Assembly (NCBI RefSeq): GCF_009914755.1
Contig: NC_060936.1
From: the human T2T-CHM13v2.0 reference genome, Homo sapiens
Direction: 5' to 3' (one strand)
DNA length: 64,000 nucleotides
Shown: piece by piece, positions 25,898-40,520 of the stretch
Layout: the number at the start of each line of letters is the position of its first letter
Numbering within the stretch: position 1 is the first letter of the stretch
Program-made: the position numbers and the translations under genes
Notes under the pieces: model-generated
Databases searched by the model: none
What the model saw: the letters and a program-made list of their open reading frames with translations, nothing else
What the model was told of the DNA's origin: nothing

Positions 25898-28800
25898 TTA
25901 CTGGAAGGAGAGAGAGAAAGACCCTAATGAAATCTTGCAGTAAATTCTAAATTACAAACCGAAAAAAAATTTTGAATGGCAAACAGACACTGCTTTAATT
26001 CCCTGCTTGGAAAGTTTTTTTTAAAAAAAATTTTTTAATGAATGATGATTTGAATAGCAGTATATTTTTTAAAAATTAGGCAAACACGTATATCACTGCA
26101 AATAATATGGAAAATAGTATGGAAAGTGGAGAAAACCCCCAAAGAGCTAATTTCCATTTTATATTTGGTATTTAAATGCCACATTGATAACTGAACACTG
26201 TAGTATAAATAAATTATTGTTAAACTGTCTTATAAATTGCTCAGTCCTTCAGTCCATAGTCAATAAAATATAGGCCTTGCCTGTGGTTTACTCAAGACTA
26301 TAGAAATTCAGAGTAATCAATCATTCCAGGTGGCTTTTATAGCTTTCCAGGTAGCAAGAGCTATATTTTATTGAATGAGGCATTTAATTAGTGGGTATTA
26401 TTAAAGTGCAATTTTCCATATTAAACTGTTTTCTATATAAATTGGCTTCCTGGTATGCTGACTTGTAATGACAGGATTATCTTGCATTCACTCTTGTAGA
26501 GACAGGTAATAACTCATCTTTGTGCCTGTTTTTTGATTCCACAGAATGTTATTCTTTCTGCTGTCATCAAAAAATAGTTTCTGAACAAATATTATCCAAG
26601 ATTTTTCTTATGCTATTGTCCTATAAACTCAATATTTTAAGACTAACCTGAATGCTAATATTATATATTGTGATATTTCTTATGTTATAAAGGAAATTGT
26701 ACCATAATTTCTAATTGTAGACTAATCGCAGCCATTCTACCACAAAAATGCCATATTCAACACTTTTTCCTATTACAGTATAAAACACCATTTGACCTTT
26801 TATTTTAAAAAGACTGTGACAAATAAATACTAATTTAATGCATAAAGTCTAATAATGATCTAGATTTACCAGTGTAAGTGACAGGAGGTAAATTAATATG
26901 GAATAAGTATATACTTCACATGTTTCTTGGCATATATGAAGAAGCACTGAAGCAAATGAATCTATCTCATGTAAGGCAAATATTATGGAAAAACTCCAGA
27001 ATCAGTAGAAAGAGATATTTTTGCCTTTTCTTACTATGGAAATTCACTGTTATAATACTTAAAGCTGCAGATCTTTTCTTTAATAATAACTTCTGTTTAA
27101 AAATCTGTAACAAGAGATACCATTGCTGATTACATAACATTGGTGACATACTACTGTGATTTTTTCAGTTCTGTACCAAAAGACAAGAAAAAAACAAAAA
27201 ACAAACAAAACGATAAATTCTGCCAATGTTTTTAAACAAGAATGTCTTCTACACCAAGTGCTACTTTCAGATACAGGGCTACAGTGCTTGAACAATCACC
27301 GTATTAGAAACAATAAGTGATACAAAGAGTAAAAACAATTTTCAAAAAAATCAAACTTTTATAACATTTACATAGACACCAAAGAGGACAAAATATCCAT
27401 TTCCAGAAGATGTGCAGTATAATTAGTCAGAAAGGTATCGCAATGCTTTTGATTATGATCAGCCAGTTGCAAAGATTATCAAATAAACAATCTAGCTATT
27501 GCTGCTTTGCTAGAAAAATGATCATCTTAGTGGCAAAGATTAATAACTGCTTTTTAAAAAGACAAAAACTAGCTTTGTGATTTACTGTGTACTTTCTCAA
27601 GAATGCACAGTAAGTAAATCAACAGTTTGTTTAATCACTATCAATGTGGCATGCTTTAATATATTGGATATAAATAATTGTCACTAAAAAATCATCTGCT
27701 GCATGTTCAGATAAAGCTGTAGAGATCTCTGCCTTGTTACCTAGCAACTGGGCAAGTAACTGCCATACTGCAAAAAAAAAAAAAAATTCCTTATTATTTA
27801 GGTAAAGAGAATGATCATAAAACTCCACATTAAGATGTTAATGAAGCCAAAATGTATATTAAGATACAACAGCTAACGATTTTAGATGCATTTATGGCCT
27901 TGGTTTTGAAATACCATGCAGTAATGAAAACTGTAAAGATTTAAATCTATTATTTCAGCTTGTCACAAACAACAACGTTCTTTAGAGTGTATTTTTAAAA
28001 GACCACTGTTATTATTAATTTTTTATTTGTACTCTTTCACAGACAAAGGAATTTCAACCAGATCTTCTGTACTGAGTCTATTTATTGAAAGGGTGATGCT
28101 TACTTGTTTAAATACAATAAAACTGTTCTGAGTAATTAGTTCACTGCAAGGGATCCCAAATTATTTCTTATATTTCATATAACAGCTTAATGTATTAATT
28201 TTATAACATCTGGAGGAATCTGGCTTAAGTTCTGTTTCAATTTTGCTAAAAATCTGGATTCCAAGATTGTGCATAAAATCTCTCTTAAAAAGCAATAGGG
28301 GATTAGGGCAATTATAAAATTTCACTTCTGAGGTCCAAAATTCAGCATATGGCCAGTCTTCAGGCCTCAATCTGAAAGTAATTCTTTCTGGTGTGTGATG
28401 AAGGCTGACTGGTCAGAGCCCATATGACGATGGTCACATGAGAGTAAGGAAACCACTCATCATTGCAACAAACAGAGACTGTTTTGTGAACAGACAGAGC
28501 TGTGCTTGATGAAGGCTTCACAGGAATCCAAACCCCATAGCTTACATGGCATTCCTCTGTTGATTTAATGTACGATGCTTTTATTCATAGTCACTTACAA
28601 TGCAGGGACACAATTCAAGAAAGCTCTTCAAATTATTGCATGGAATTAAGTTTCTTGATAAAACTTTACAATTTAAGATAAATTATGCTGAAAAGTTAAA
28701 GGGAAGGTTGGCTTTACAAATTAGGAGCCGAAAGCCCAGAGAGATTGAGTAGTTGGAAGTTGTGCAACGATATAACTTCTTATAAAAGTAAATATATATA

Positions 28801-29469
28801 AAGTGCATAGAACAGTGCTTGCCACACCAGAAGGATTATATGTGTTTGATATTGTTATTTTTTATTAGTGTAATTATTATTAGAAGTATTGGATCTAGAA
28901 TCTGTTTTTTCGTTTCCAGAACAATGTTCTTTTCACTAAGCACATTACCTCAAAATAAAGCACTGTTTTAAGATGCACCATGTACATCTTCTATGAGCCA
29001 AAGCTGTATTTTAATGATAAAGGTGTGTATTAAATGAAGATGTATACGTAGATTCACATTAAAAGCAGAAAAAATTGAGTCTTCATAACTAGTAATTTAT
29101 AGTTATTTGTTTAAAATCAAATCTGTATCACCTTCAAATATATATCATTTACAGGCTAATAGCTAAACGCAAGTCAAAATGGTATCCCAAAGGAAACACT
29201 TTACTAGTGTTAGTGTATAGACCAAGATGTATAAACTTTCCCATCTTTAAATATTTTCTCTGAGTTACATTTTCACTAATTCATATCAACCATTAACCTG
29301 TTATTTTTATTTTTATAACATTAACTTTACATACATATAACCTGATACGTTTGTACTGAAAGATTTCAGACATTTGTTGGATTAAGAAAAGTTTACTCTG
29401 AGCCTAAAGAGTTCATACATATGTACTTCTTGATCTTGATTAGTATATATTCATCATATGCTTCTCTGT

Positions 29470-30150
<681 letters not shown>

Positions 30151-31339
30151 CTGATTTAAGATGGAAAATTTAAACTGCTTCACAGAACTTCCCTTCCTCA
30201 ATATCTAACCAAAGGAGAAAAAAAGAGTAAACATTAGTAAAATGAAAAAAAGAAGTTCCAACAGTAACCACTCAAGGAAAGGAACATTAACAACTATAAT
30301 AAACTTCAAAACTGGCAGCCAAGGAAAGAGAAGATTCTGGAACAGGCTAAAGAGACACAGTGTTCCTTGGTTCTTAACCCTGTGTTCAACCCTAGAGAGG
30401 TAAACAAAATTCTGAGACTTTTTGCTAATAATTCTAAATTTAGAGAAAAACACATTCAGTGAACATCCTTATGTTTCCTTTTACTACTAAGGAGTAATAG
30501 GAACATGTGCAATGAAAGAAGAAGATCAAAGGGCTGATTCAACAGAAGTGAACACTCCAGGGCTGCCCACTATTTTGGGGAAACCCATCAAGCCCCAGAT
30601 TATCTCGAGGATAGCTACTAGCTCTTATGGAACCCTTTAGTTAATTATAAAAAGGCTATCCTTGGTATCTCTCCCTCCACCACCCCCCTTGCCCGCCCCG
30701 TCAATTTGGTGAAATAAAGGCTGATAATGGAGACATTTAACACAAGTTAAGGAAGCACGGCCCAGGAAATCTAACAAAGATTGCATACAGCTTGAGTTGA
30801 GCTGAGCTGTCTACCTCCCTCTGCAATTTCTTTAGGTTGCAGAAAAGTGGATAGATCCAAGCAATAAAACATAGCTCAAAGAGGAAGCAAACTGGTCTCC
30901 AAGAAGGTGGGAAGAAATTTAAGAAGTTACTCACACTATGTCTGGGGAAAGCTGCCCAGGCACCAGCAAGATGAAAAGAAATAGCACGGCAGATATGCAA
31001 GCATTCTAAGGGAGGGAGGCAGGAGGAGGGAAAAGAGAGGAAGGAAAGAGGGAGGGAGGGAGAGAGAGAGAGCAACAAAGTGAAGAAAAAATATAAAATG
31101 AAAGTATCACAGCATATAGGAACTAAATCTAGAATTTTATTCAAATAAACAGAAAGAAATCCTCACACAAACTTCCTACTGTAGAATAACGAGTTCAATG
31201 AAAATTGAAGTTTAAAGACAGAATAATGAAGAAATCTGAATGAGATGAAAAAGGATATTGTGGACTTAAGGAAGCAAATTAAGGACTAAAGATCATAATT
31301 TTAGAATCAATAAACAAATCAGAACATCAGAAGCAGAGT

Positions 31340-31457
31340 AGACACTTCTGATAGTTGAATTACTGACACAGAAGAAAGGACCCAGGTACCATGAATGGAG
31401 ACACTTCTGATAGTTGAATTACTGACACAGAAGAAAGGACTCATGTACCATGAATGG
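31340..31457. repeat. Tandem duplication, 2 x 59 bp
   Basis: agacacttctgatagttgaattactgacacagaagaaaggac(c/t)ca(g/t)gtaccatgaatgg twice; 2 mismatches. Confidence 0.97.
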
Positions 31458-32278
31458 AGATGAAAATGACAACAGATTTTCATCAAATGATAAACTAATA
31501 GATATGGAAGAGATGAAAGATGATCCAAAATAAGGATAAGTGATGTTCCTGAAGTAGGTAACAATGTAAGTAGAATAAAAGGTGTTTTCAAAGATATGAT
31601 ACAGTATCTGATCTAAATAACACATCATATTGTGGAAAATTCTTAAGCAGACCATCCAACACCTCCACATATCTTAGCTATGTTATTAAGCTATGTGGAT
31701 AAAGAAAGAATTCCTTGGGATAAAGGCAGAAAAAAAATCACCTACAAAGGGTGGCCTCAGACTATACAGAGATATTCAATGCTATTAAACAATGAAGTAA
31801 TAGCTGCAAAATTATAATGGAAAGAATACATGACATAAGAATACAACGTTCGGCCATGATATATTGTTCGACTACAAAAGCAATAGGAAGACGTTCTCCA
31901 AAAAACAAAACAAAATAAAACAAAACAAAAAACTCACAAATGCAGAATCCATGGGTCTTTCTCGAAAAAAAGAAACAAAAAGCAGTTGGCAATGAAATCT
32001 AGGCAATTCAGTGATGAATCAAAGAACTCAGTCAGAATGAAGAAGATATACTAAAGGGCTGGGAGGCAATGGATCCATTTGAACATAGGAATTTATACTA
32101 AATAACCATAGTAATTATGATTACAGAATAGAAAGTAAATATTATAAACACAGGCAATATAAATTAGTTAAAATTGTTAGCTGAGGAGAGGATGGGCAAA
32201 AGCATTACCTTTCAAAGCAAGGAACCAATCTGATGTGTTTAAAACTGGAATATGCAGCTTAAAAATGTGATTCCAACT

Positions 32279-32488
32279 CTGAGGTGGATTTACTGTTAAC
32301 GCTAAGGAAGCTTAAGTTCCAAGGTTTTTTATCTACACAGGTGATTTGCGTTTTCCCATGCCCTGGAAGGGGTCACAGCAGTGCATTCATATTGTCATAT
32401 TTTTGTAAAATTTGTAAAAATACTCCATTTTCTTAAAGAGGGCCCCCAAATTATATAACCTTCCCACAGAAATCTTGATCCACTCCTG
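32279..32488 (+). mobile_element. MER53-like hAT DNA transposon
   Basis: ggtggatttactgttaacgctaaggaagcttaag...ttttcttaaagagggcccccaaattatataa...gatccactcctg. Confidence 0.7.
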
Positions 32489-32634
32489 ATCAAACCTCTT
32501 AACATTTTTCATCGTATTTTTTCTTAACCATAAGGGAAAATAATAACTCCCATAATAAGGAGACACTTATTGGAAGTTCAACAATTATTTAGTTTTTCTT
32601 TATTTTTTTTCTGCTGTTAAATACAATAAAACCA

Positions 32635-32918
32635 TTTTTTTTTTGAGACAGTCTCACTCTGTCTCCCAGGCTGGAGTGTAGTGGTGCGATCTTGGCTCAC
32701 TGCAACCTCTGTCTCCTGGGTTCATGAGATTCTCATGCCTCAGCCTCCTGAGTAGTTGGGATTACAGGTGTGTGCCACCACACTCAGCTAATTTTTAAAA
32801 AATATTTTTAGTAGAGACAGGATTTGGCCGTGTTGGCCAGACTGGTCTTGAACTTCTGGCCTCAAGCTCTCCACCGGCCTCAGCCTCCCAAAGTGCTAGG
32901 ATTACGGGCATGATCCAC
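32635..32918 (-). mobile_element. Alu (J/old S)
   Basis: Reverse Alu dimer with poly-T head. Confidence 0.9.
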
Positions 32919-33329
32919 CAATAAAATAAATTTTAATAATTTTTATTTAAAAATAGCATCAGCATTATGACTCCACAGTTATAAAGTCTTTCTTTCTATC
33001 CGCACAGTCATGTATCAATCCCTTTGCACATATTTATAGAAAGATGCCTTAAATGATATAAGTCTACTGCTAAAGGTGGTTATTTCTGGGCAGTGGTATT
33101 TGGGGTAATTAAAAAATTTAATCTTTGTATTACATGCATTGTCTGAATTATTTATTGTGATCATATAACAAATATTTCAAAAATAATACAATGATTTTTT
33201 TCCTTCAAATGCCAAGATAGTAACAGATATTATTTTGGATGGTGAGAACTATAGGGAACTGTTATTTTGTACTTTGTATTTTCCTGTGTTTTTAAAATTT
33301 CAAAAATGTTTTCCAAAATTTGATATTCT

Positions 33330-34020
33330 GAATCATTCCACATCTCTCCCTTTTTCTTCTTCCAGCCAAGTCACTATTATTTCTCACCTGGACTACTCTC
33401 ATAGTCTTCTGTGTGGTCCCACCTGTGTCCATCCTAGCCCTGGTATTACCCAGTCTTTACACAGCAGCCAGGGTGTGCTCCTCAAATGTAAAAGGATCAC
33501 ACCTCTGCTTTACATTCCCCAGCTGCTTCATATTGTCTTTAGAATAAAACCCAAACTCTTTGCCACGACCAGCAAGGCTGACCTGAGCTGACCGGGATTC
33601 AGTCACGCTGGACTGCTCTCTGTCCCCCACACACTGCACTTGTTCCCCCTGACAGATATTCCATGAGCTGTTCCCCTAGCCTGGGGTGTTCTTTCTCCAG
33701 CATCTCCGTATAGCTGGTTCCTTCTATTCAGGTCTCTGTTGGAGGGCCACCTTCTCAGGGATACCCCCAAATTTTCTAATTTCTCCCTCCATCTCCCTCT
33801 CCAGTGCTTCACCCTGCTGGATGGCCTTCATGGCCTTTATCACCATCTGAAATGATCTTCTCCATTTATTTATTTACTTCCTTTGTATCAATCCTCTCCC
33901 ACTAAATATCTGCTCTAGAAAACTAGGACCTTGTCTATCTTGTTCATCATTATATCTCCTGCTCAAAGAATGTGCCCAGAAGATCGCAGACACTTAATAA
34001 ATATTTCTCCACTCAATGGA
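33330..34020 (+). mobile_element. L2a fragment with 3' end
   Basis: tctcacctggactact...ctcaaatgtaaa...cacttaataaatattt. Confidence 0.8.
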
Positions 34021-34027
34021 TACACAC

Positions 34028-34760
<733 letters not shown>

Positions 34761-34762
34761 TA

Positions 34763-35730
34763 AATTAGAATAATGTTTGTAACTATGAGTTTTATTATCT
34801 GTTTTTGGTTTTAGTTAAAGCTTGGGAATGACTTGCACGTAGTTGTAACTGCAACAGGTGGTATGTTTTGTGAATGCTTACCTGTCATTACTTGAGTCAC
34901 TGTTTGTGTCAAAAATGTAAAAGAGGAACGAGTTTCTGGGAGGTATTAGGAAGAGAGGGGCTCAGAAGGAAAGGAATTAAAGAGGACGTGTGATTGGAAA
35001 GATATCTGAGATAAGAGCAGCGAACGAGAGGAAAGAAGAAATTAGTGATGAATGATCAGAAGAAGACAGGGAAGACGACTTCCTCCTGCTAGCTACTAGG
35101 AAATGTTATCTTCCAAGACAGCTTGGTTCCTGTCTAGAGTAGCTCTGGGTGGGTAAATGGAGGGAGGGCCAGTTTGTAAATAACGCTGAAATTTAAGAGA
35201 CTATATATTATCTAATTTGAGGCTTTGTCCCAAATTTGGTTTGGAGTGAGTTTTTATGACTAATCTACCAGTAGGGTGAAATAAATAGCATCATTCATAT
35301 CAGGAGTACCAACCAACCCCATAAGAGATATTGAAGAGACAATGCCAACCTTCCATTCTGGAGTAAAGCTATAGTGCAAGAAAACAATTTGAACCAATTA
35401 TTTTCATACTAAGTTGACAGTTAAGACAGAAAAAAATATATATATTAAGAGCCAAGAGATACTGCATATGGTCTGCAAGTCTTTTCTGGAGAAATGAATC
35501 ATGAAGATAAAGAGAACTGGCTTATTTTTACAGTTACATTTTATATTTCTAGAAAAATAACTACAACATGGTCTTGATGTCTAAACATAGGGAAATGAGA
35601 CTTTTATGAACGTTACACAACACAAAACATACCACTTGTTGCAGTTACAACTACGTGCAAGTCATTCTCAAGCCTTAACTAAAACCAAAAACAGATAATA
35701 AAACATATAGTTACAAACATTATTCTAATT
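34763..35730. repeat. Inverted repeat: 110-bp arms (34763-34872 and 35621-35730), 748-bp spacer
   Basis: Arm 2 is the reverse complement of arm 1 at 105/110 positions by manual alignment. Confidence 0.95.
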
Positions 35731-38700
35731 GAACTATACTTTGAAAATGACTGAATGCTCAAATATTCTTAAAATACAATGTTCTCTTGCCAAGAAAAGA
35801 GTGTTGGTCTTAAAATGGCCACAAAACCTAGCCCCGTCCCATGTTACTAGAGCTACAGAATCAAGCACCCTCCAAATATATGGCCAAGCAGCCTTGGAGG
35901 CACCTAATGAGTCCAACGCAGTCTTCCCATGTGTCTCAGAGGCTGCTGTCTGTAGTGACAGAGGTGATAGAATATGGTAAAGTTGCGTATCTAGGAAAAT
36001 CTCAATGTAGTCCCTGATTTCCCAGAGAATGTTCTTGTGGCTTATCCTCTGAGGTTAGTAGTTTCAGTTTAGTACATTAATTCCAAACACTAAAGAGATG
36101 AATCCATTCAAGTCATTTACAGAAAAATTGTTTTGAGATTTACCCAAAAAACAAACACACTATAAAGAATTTAGTAACAGAGAAGATTAGAACTTGCACT
36201 TTTGCTTCTGCTGGTTCAAGTTTTGTTCTGATATTCTCTGCATTTCCTATTTCCATATGAGAAAACCACCAGTACATCTTTGCTGTGTGAATACCAACAC
36301 TGAGAAATATTGGCCAAACATAAAGATTTTTAGAGAATTAATTTTTGATATTCATCTAAACAAGCCAATATATTCTCACAATTTTTTAAAGAAAAAAAAA
36401 AGAACTCAGCTTAATCATATATTTGACTTCTAAAAAATCATCTCATGATTCCATGAAGATAGAGAAAAAATCAGATGAACAGGAATGGTTTTCATTTCAC
36501 ACTGGAATTATAAGAAAGGTTAATTTTTGCATAAAAATTACATCTACATAAAAATAATTTCTGGAACAATGCATTATTGACAGTTATGTGGGAAGATAAA
36601 TGCATTCACGTAAATGTTCTTTCTCAAGCAAATTACTAAATATATTGACAGCACTGCACTTTGAAAACAACCATTTTAAGGCAACCAAATACATATACAA
36701 GAGTAAAAACATTACATATAATAGCCAATGTAATGTTTCACTCAATGCATATTCACTCAAATATGCATACTTTTTTTCAGTTTATTGATATATACTGCTA
36801 TTAAATTAAATAGCAAACACTTATGCTTTGTTGTTGGCTATTGCCCACAGAAGGAAAAAAATGGGTAGTCAACTGGAGCCTATTCACACTTCTGTTAATT
36901 ACTGGTGGTCCATGGAAGATGTTATAGTTTGATTACTAGCACTTGTAAATATTAACCAAGTCTAAGTTACTGCTATAAAATCCAAAATGTGTAAAAACCA
37001 AACACACCTATACAAATACAAATGTTTTACTCATGATCGTTAATGACTTTAATCAAGCAGATCTTCTAATTAATTTTGCTAATTGTTCATTCCTCTCAGG
37101 ACATTTATTGGTTTGATGGATATTACTATGACATATGTTGATGCCAGCATCTGGTCAGAAATGAGGGCATCAATAAACTCTCCTTGGTGTTTCCACAGAA
37201 TGTGCCAATGCTATAAACACTGTCAATGCCACAGCATTTATTTCAATATAAGATTTTGAGAACATGTCTGCCTTTCATTTAGAGAAAGGATAAACCTACT
37301 TCGAAACACACGGTGCTCAAATATGCTTATTCAATGAATGGTGCAATGAGAATGGCTTGATAACAAACTGGAAAACATCTGCCAACATTTAAAATAGAAT
37401 AATAACATCATAAACGATTATTAGGAATGGCTTCCCCCACAATGTACTCTGTCAATTTATACCCTATTTCGAATATGTAGACTAACTTTAAACAAATATA
37501 GTACCGCTATCTTAAAGGAAGTGATCCCCTAAACATTTCTGACCAAAGGTAATCATATGCAGTAAATTAATAGACAAGAAATGCATCAGAATTCGATTCA
37601 TGTATAGAAATTTGGCTAAACTTGCAAACTTTTATGTTGTTAGTAACTATTCAGAGATTATCACTTTAAACTGCTGACAAATAAGTGCACTTATGCAGTT
37701 TTATTTTTAAAAACTAGTTATCCCAAAATATCATATTAAATAATACACCATGCTGTATCTATATTTCAAAATTATTTTAATGGAGATTTGATCTCCAGGT
37801 AGAGGCAAAACACTGTTTTCTCCTTCTGGCCCCCATTAGGGAAACTGTAACAGTATGGTTGTCTCCCGTTTCTACACATGAATCTATTGTCACTCTACTG
37901 TCATGGCTTAAGAAAAAAATATTGCTTCTACTCAAGGTGCCAAACTGCACCAAGCAAAGTAACTCCAATGCAGTAACATTAAGTTTGGCAACTGCAGGAC
38001 AAGGTTTCCATCCTTGAACAAGGAGCACTGATACTTCACTATTTTGCCCCCCAACATCATATTTCCCCCTGCATTCTGAAGGTTTTTTTAAAAAATATTT
38101 GTAACAATGTTTTTGTATGACACTGGCATCAAGTCTCCCAGGCAGCATGCATCTGTTTTAATTTCATTTGTATTCGTTACTCCTTTCTTCTCTATCTGAG
38201 TCCAAGAGAATCACTGCTAACACACCCAGCACTACTCAGGATAGACAACGACAGAATGAAACACTTCTGAGGAAGCCTTTCCGGTGGCATAATGCCAGCA
38301 CTACTCATTATAGCCTATTTTATCACAGAGCCGTCAACATTACGGACTCGAATAACCCAGATACCAGCGGCATCCCCTTGCACGAGCTCATCTGCGGAGT
38401 ACAAGGAATACAGATTTGGAAGAAACCTCTGAGAGGTTTTCTAATCTTTCCTCTCTTCCTTCTGACTTCTAACTTTAACGTGAGCCCACCCCAAAGAAGA
38501 GAACTAGACTCTCTTAGTAACTTGTGCAAACCTTCAGAAAAGTCTTAGGTTGTACCTAAATTCCTCATGTTGCCATTCCAACACTATTTCCTGTAGTTTT
38601 CCCTTTCCAGATGCAGGAGTCCACAGAGCAAGTATCCTTATAAGTGTTTAAGAATCATCAAGCAATTCCAAAGTTCCCGTGTCTCTAATCTACTGATCCA

Positions 38701-39646
38701 ACGTGCCCGGCGCACATAAGCAGCACCGCGACTGAATTTCAAGTCTTCTCAAACTCACACCTCAGTTGCTCAGAGAGGAGAAATGCAGCGAGGACTCGCC
38801 TTCCTGGCCAGTCTCTGAAAACGCGAAACCTTCCTGAGCTGTCCATTTGTTTTAGGGGCTGTTTATAAACGGCTGGTTTTCTTGGAGGAAAAATAAACAA
38901 ATAAATACGGGGCGATGGCAGCATCCTGATAAACACAGGACCTTGTTTGGCTTTTGGCAAGTTGTAACCTGGAGTAAAATCACATCCAAGTTACAAGCAC
39001 GCAAATTGGAATTTCGCTGGAAACACTGACCCGACCTTCACCGAAGCAGCAAATCGCAGTCTCTGCTGCTCTGCTCCTGCTCTCCAAGGCTTAACATTGG
39101 AAAGTCCATGCCCACGTCCCCCTCTAATTAATCAATGTAGAAAGAAATACGAGGGAAGAGAGAGGGAGCACACTCCACACCAACCTTGCCAGCTTCTATT
39201 CTTCCTGCTATTCCTTAAAGGCGATGCACAGCGCACCTGGAAATTACGTGGACTTGGCATGGCTTTTTAATATTAAAGACAAACGACCTTTGGAAAATAT
39301 ACACTGTTAAAGTCAAACCATTTGGAGAGACACCCAGCAATTTACCTCCTCAAACTCCTCGGAACCCCAAGAATGAGGAAAGGAAATGGAAAATGCGCTT
39401 AACCCGGGGGTGGTGGGGGAATCGATAACCAGAACAGGTTTGAAAAAAAAAGCCCCCCTCCCGCCCCCTCCGTAGAGACCGCTAGCTGAGGCTGCAACAC
39501 CTGCCCCGGCAAAGCGTCTCCGCAGCCTTCCCGGCTTGCCCGACTCGGCTTCCTCCGCCTCTGCCCCGGCTGCGGCACCACTTCTTGGAGCCACGTCTCG
39601 GCGAGCGGGGGCCGCGGAGCGAGGGGGCCGCTGTGCCGCTACTCAC

Positions 39647-39880
39647 CCGAGCCGCTCGGGCTGGCCGCGAGCCGGGATCCGCGAGGGCTGGCGGGCTCTG
39701 GCCCCCGAGGACGCAGACATGTGGCTTGAACCTCCGCTCCCCTAGCCGTTGCCTCTGTGCATCTTTCTGGGCGCCCCCAGCGAATGCGAGCGGCGAGGCG
39801 AGGGCGAGCGCGCCGAGGAAGGGCGGGAGAGGCGCGGAGCTTGGCCGCGCCGCGCTGCGCCGAGCGCCGGGCTCTCCCCG
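39647..39880 (-). other. Candidate alternative first exon B (5' end approximate)
   Basis: Strong minus-strand donor CGG|GTGAGT at 39647/39646, downstream of a GC-box-rich stretch at 39895-39975. Confidence 0.55.
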
Positions 39881-40149
39881 CGAGCTCCCCAGGCCCGCGC
39901 GCGCGCCCCCCACTGCCCCCGCCCCCCGCGCGGCGCGTGCCCCCCACCCCCCGCCGCGCGCCCTCGCACCCGCCCGGCTCCACGCGGCGCGCGCCTGCCC
40001 TGGCGGCAGCGGCGGCGGCGGCGGCGCGTCCTCCCCCGAACGCCGTCTCCAGGGCTGCTGGCTGCGCTCTCCATTGTTCCGCGGCTGCTGCCCGGGGTGG
40101 GCGGCCAGGCGGGGGGGAGGTGTCGGCTTGGCCGCCGGGGAGGGCTTAC

Positions 40150-40520
40150 CGCTCGGGCGGACCCTCACTGCGAGAGCGATGCGGGCCCAGGCGCGGCGCG
40201 CGGGGGCTGCAGGGCGCCTAGCACTGGGGGTTGCCGGCGCGCGGGGGCCTCCTCCTGGCTCCCAGGCACTCGCTGCTGCTGGGCGCCCCTCGCATCCTCG
40301 GTTACTATGGATATCTCGCTCCTCCGCCGCCCCCTCCGCGCACTCCGGGAGGCCGCCGGGGCGGTAGCAGCGGCGCGGCTCCGCGGGTGCCCAGGTGACC
40401 GGCTCGGCAGCGGCAGAGCAGTGGCACCAGCCGCCACTGCCGCTGTTACTGCGGTCGCCGCCGCTGGAGAGAGGAGGACGAGGAGGGCAAGGGGCAGAAG
40501 CAGGTCCTGCTCTGTCTGCC
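40150..40520 (-). other. Candidate non-coding first exon A of a minus-strand gene (5' end approximate)
   Basis: Strong minus-strand donor GCG|GTAAGC at 40150/40149 inside the CpG island. Confidence 0.6.

Larger units (their letters stand above)
30155..33310 (+). mobile_element. HAL1-like (half-L1) element, interrupted
   Basis: A-rich, L1 ORF1-like segment (ggcctcagact...attcaatgct...aaacaatgaag) leading to an old-L1-like 3' end with no ORF2 visible. Confidence 0.6.

Noticed and set aside
31008-31072. Purine-rich GA tract as triplex-forming DNA
   Set aside because: Ordinary low-complexity sequence without a clear mirror repeat.
31340-31457. Tandem or spaced repeats as a CRISPR-like array
   Set aside because: Only two units, no unique spacers, human DNA and no cas-like ORFs.
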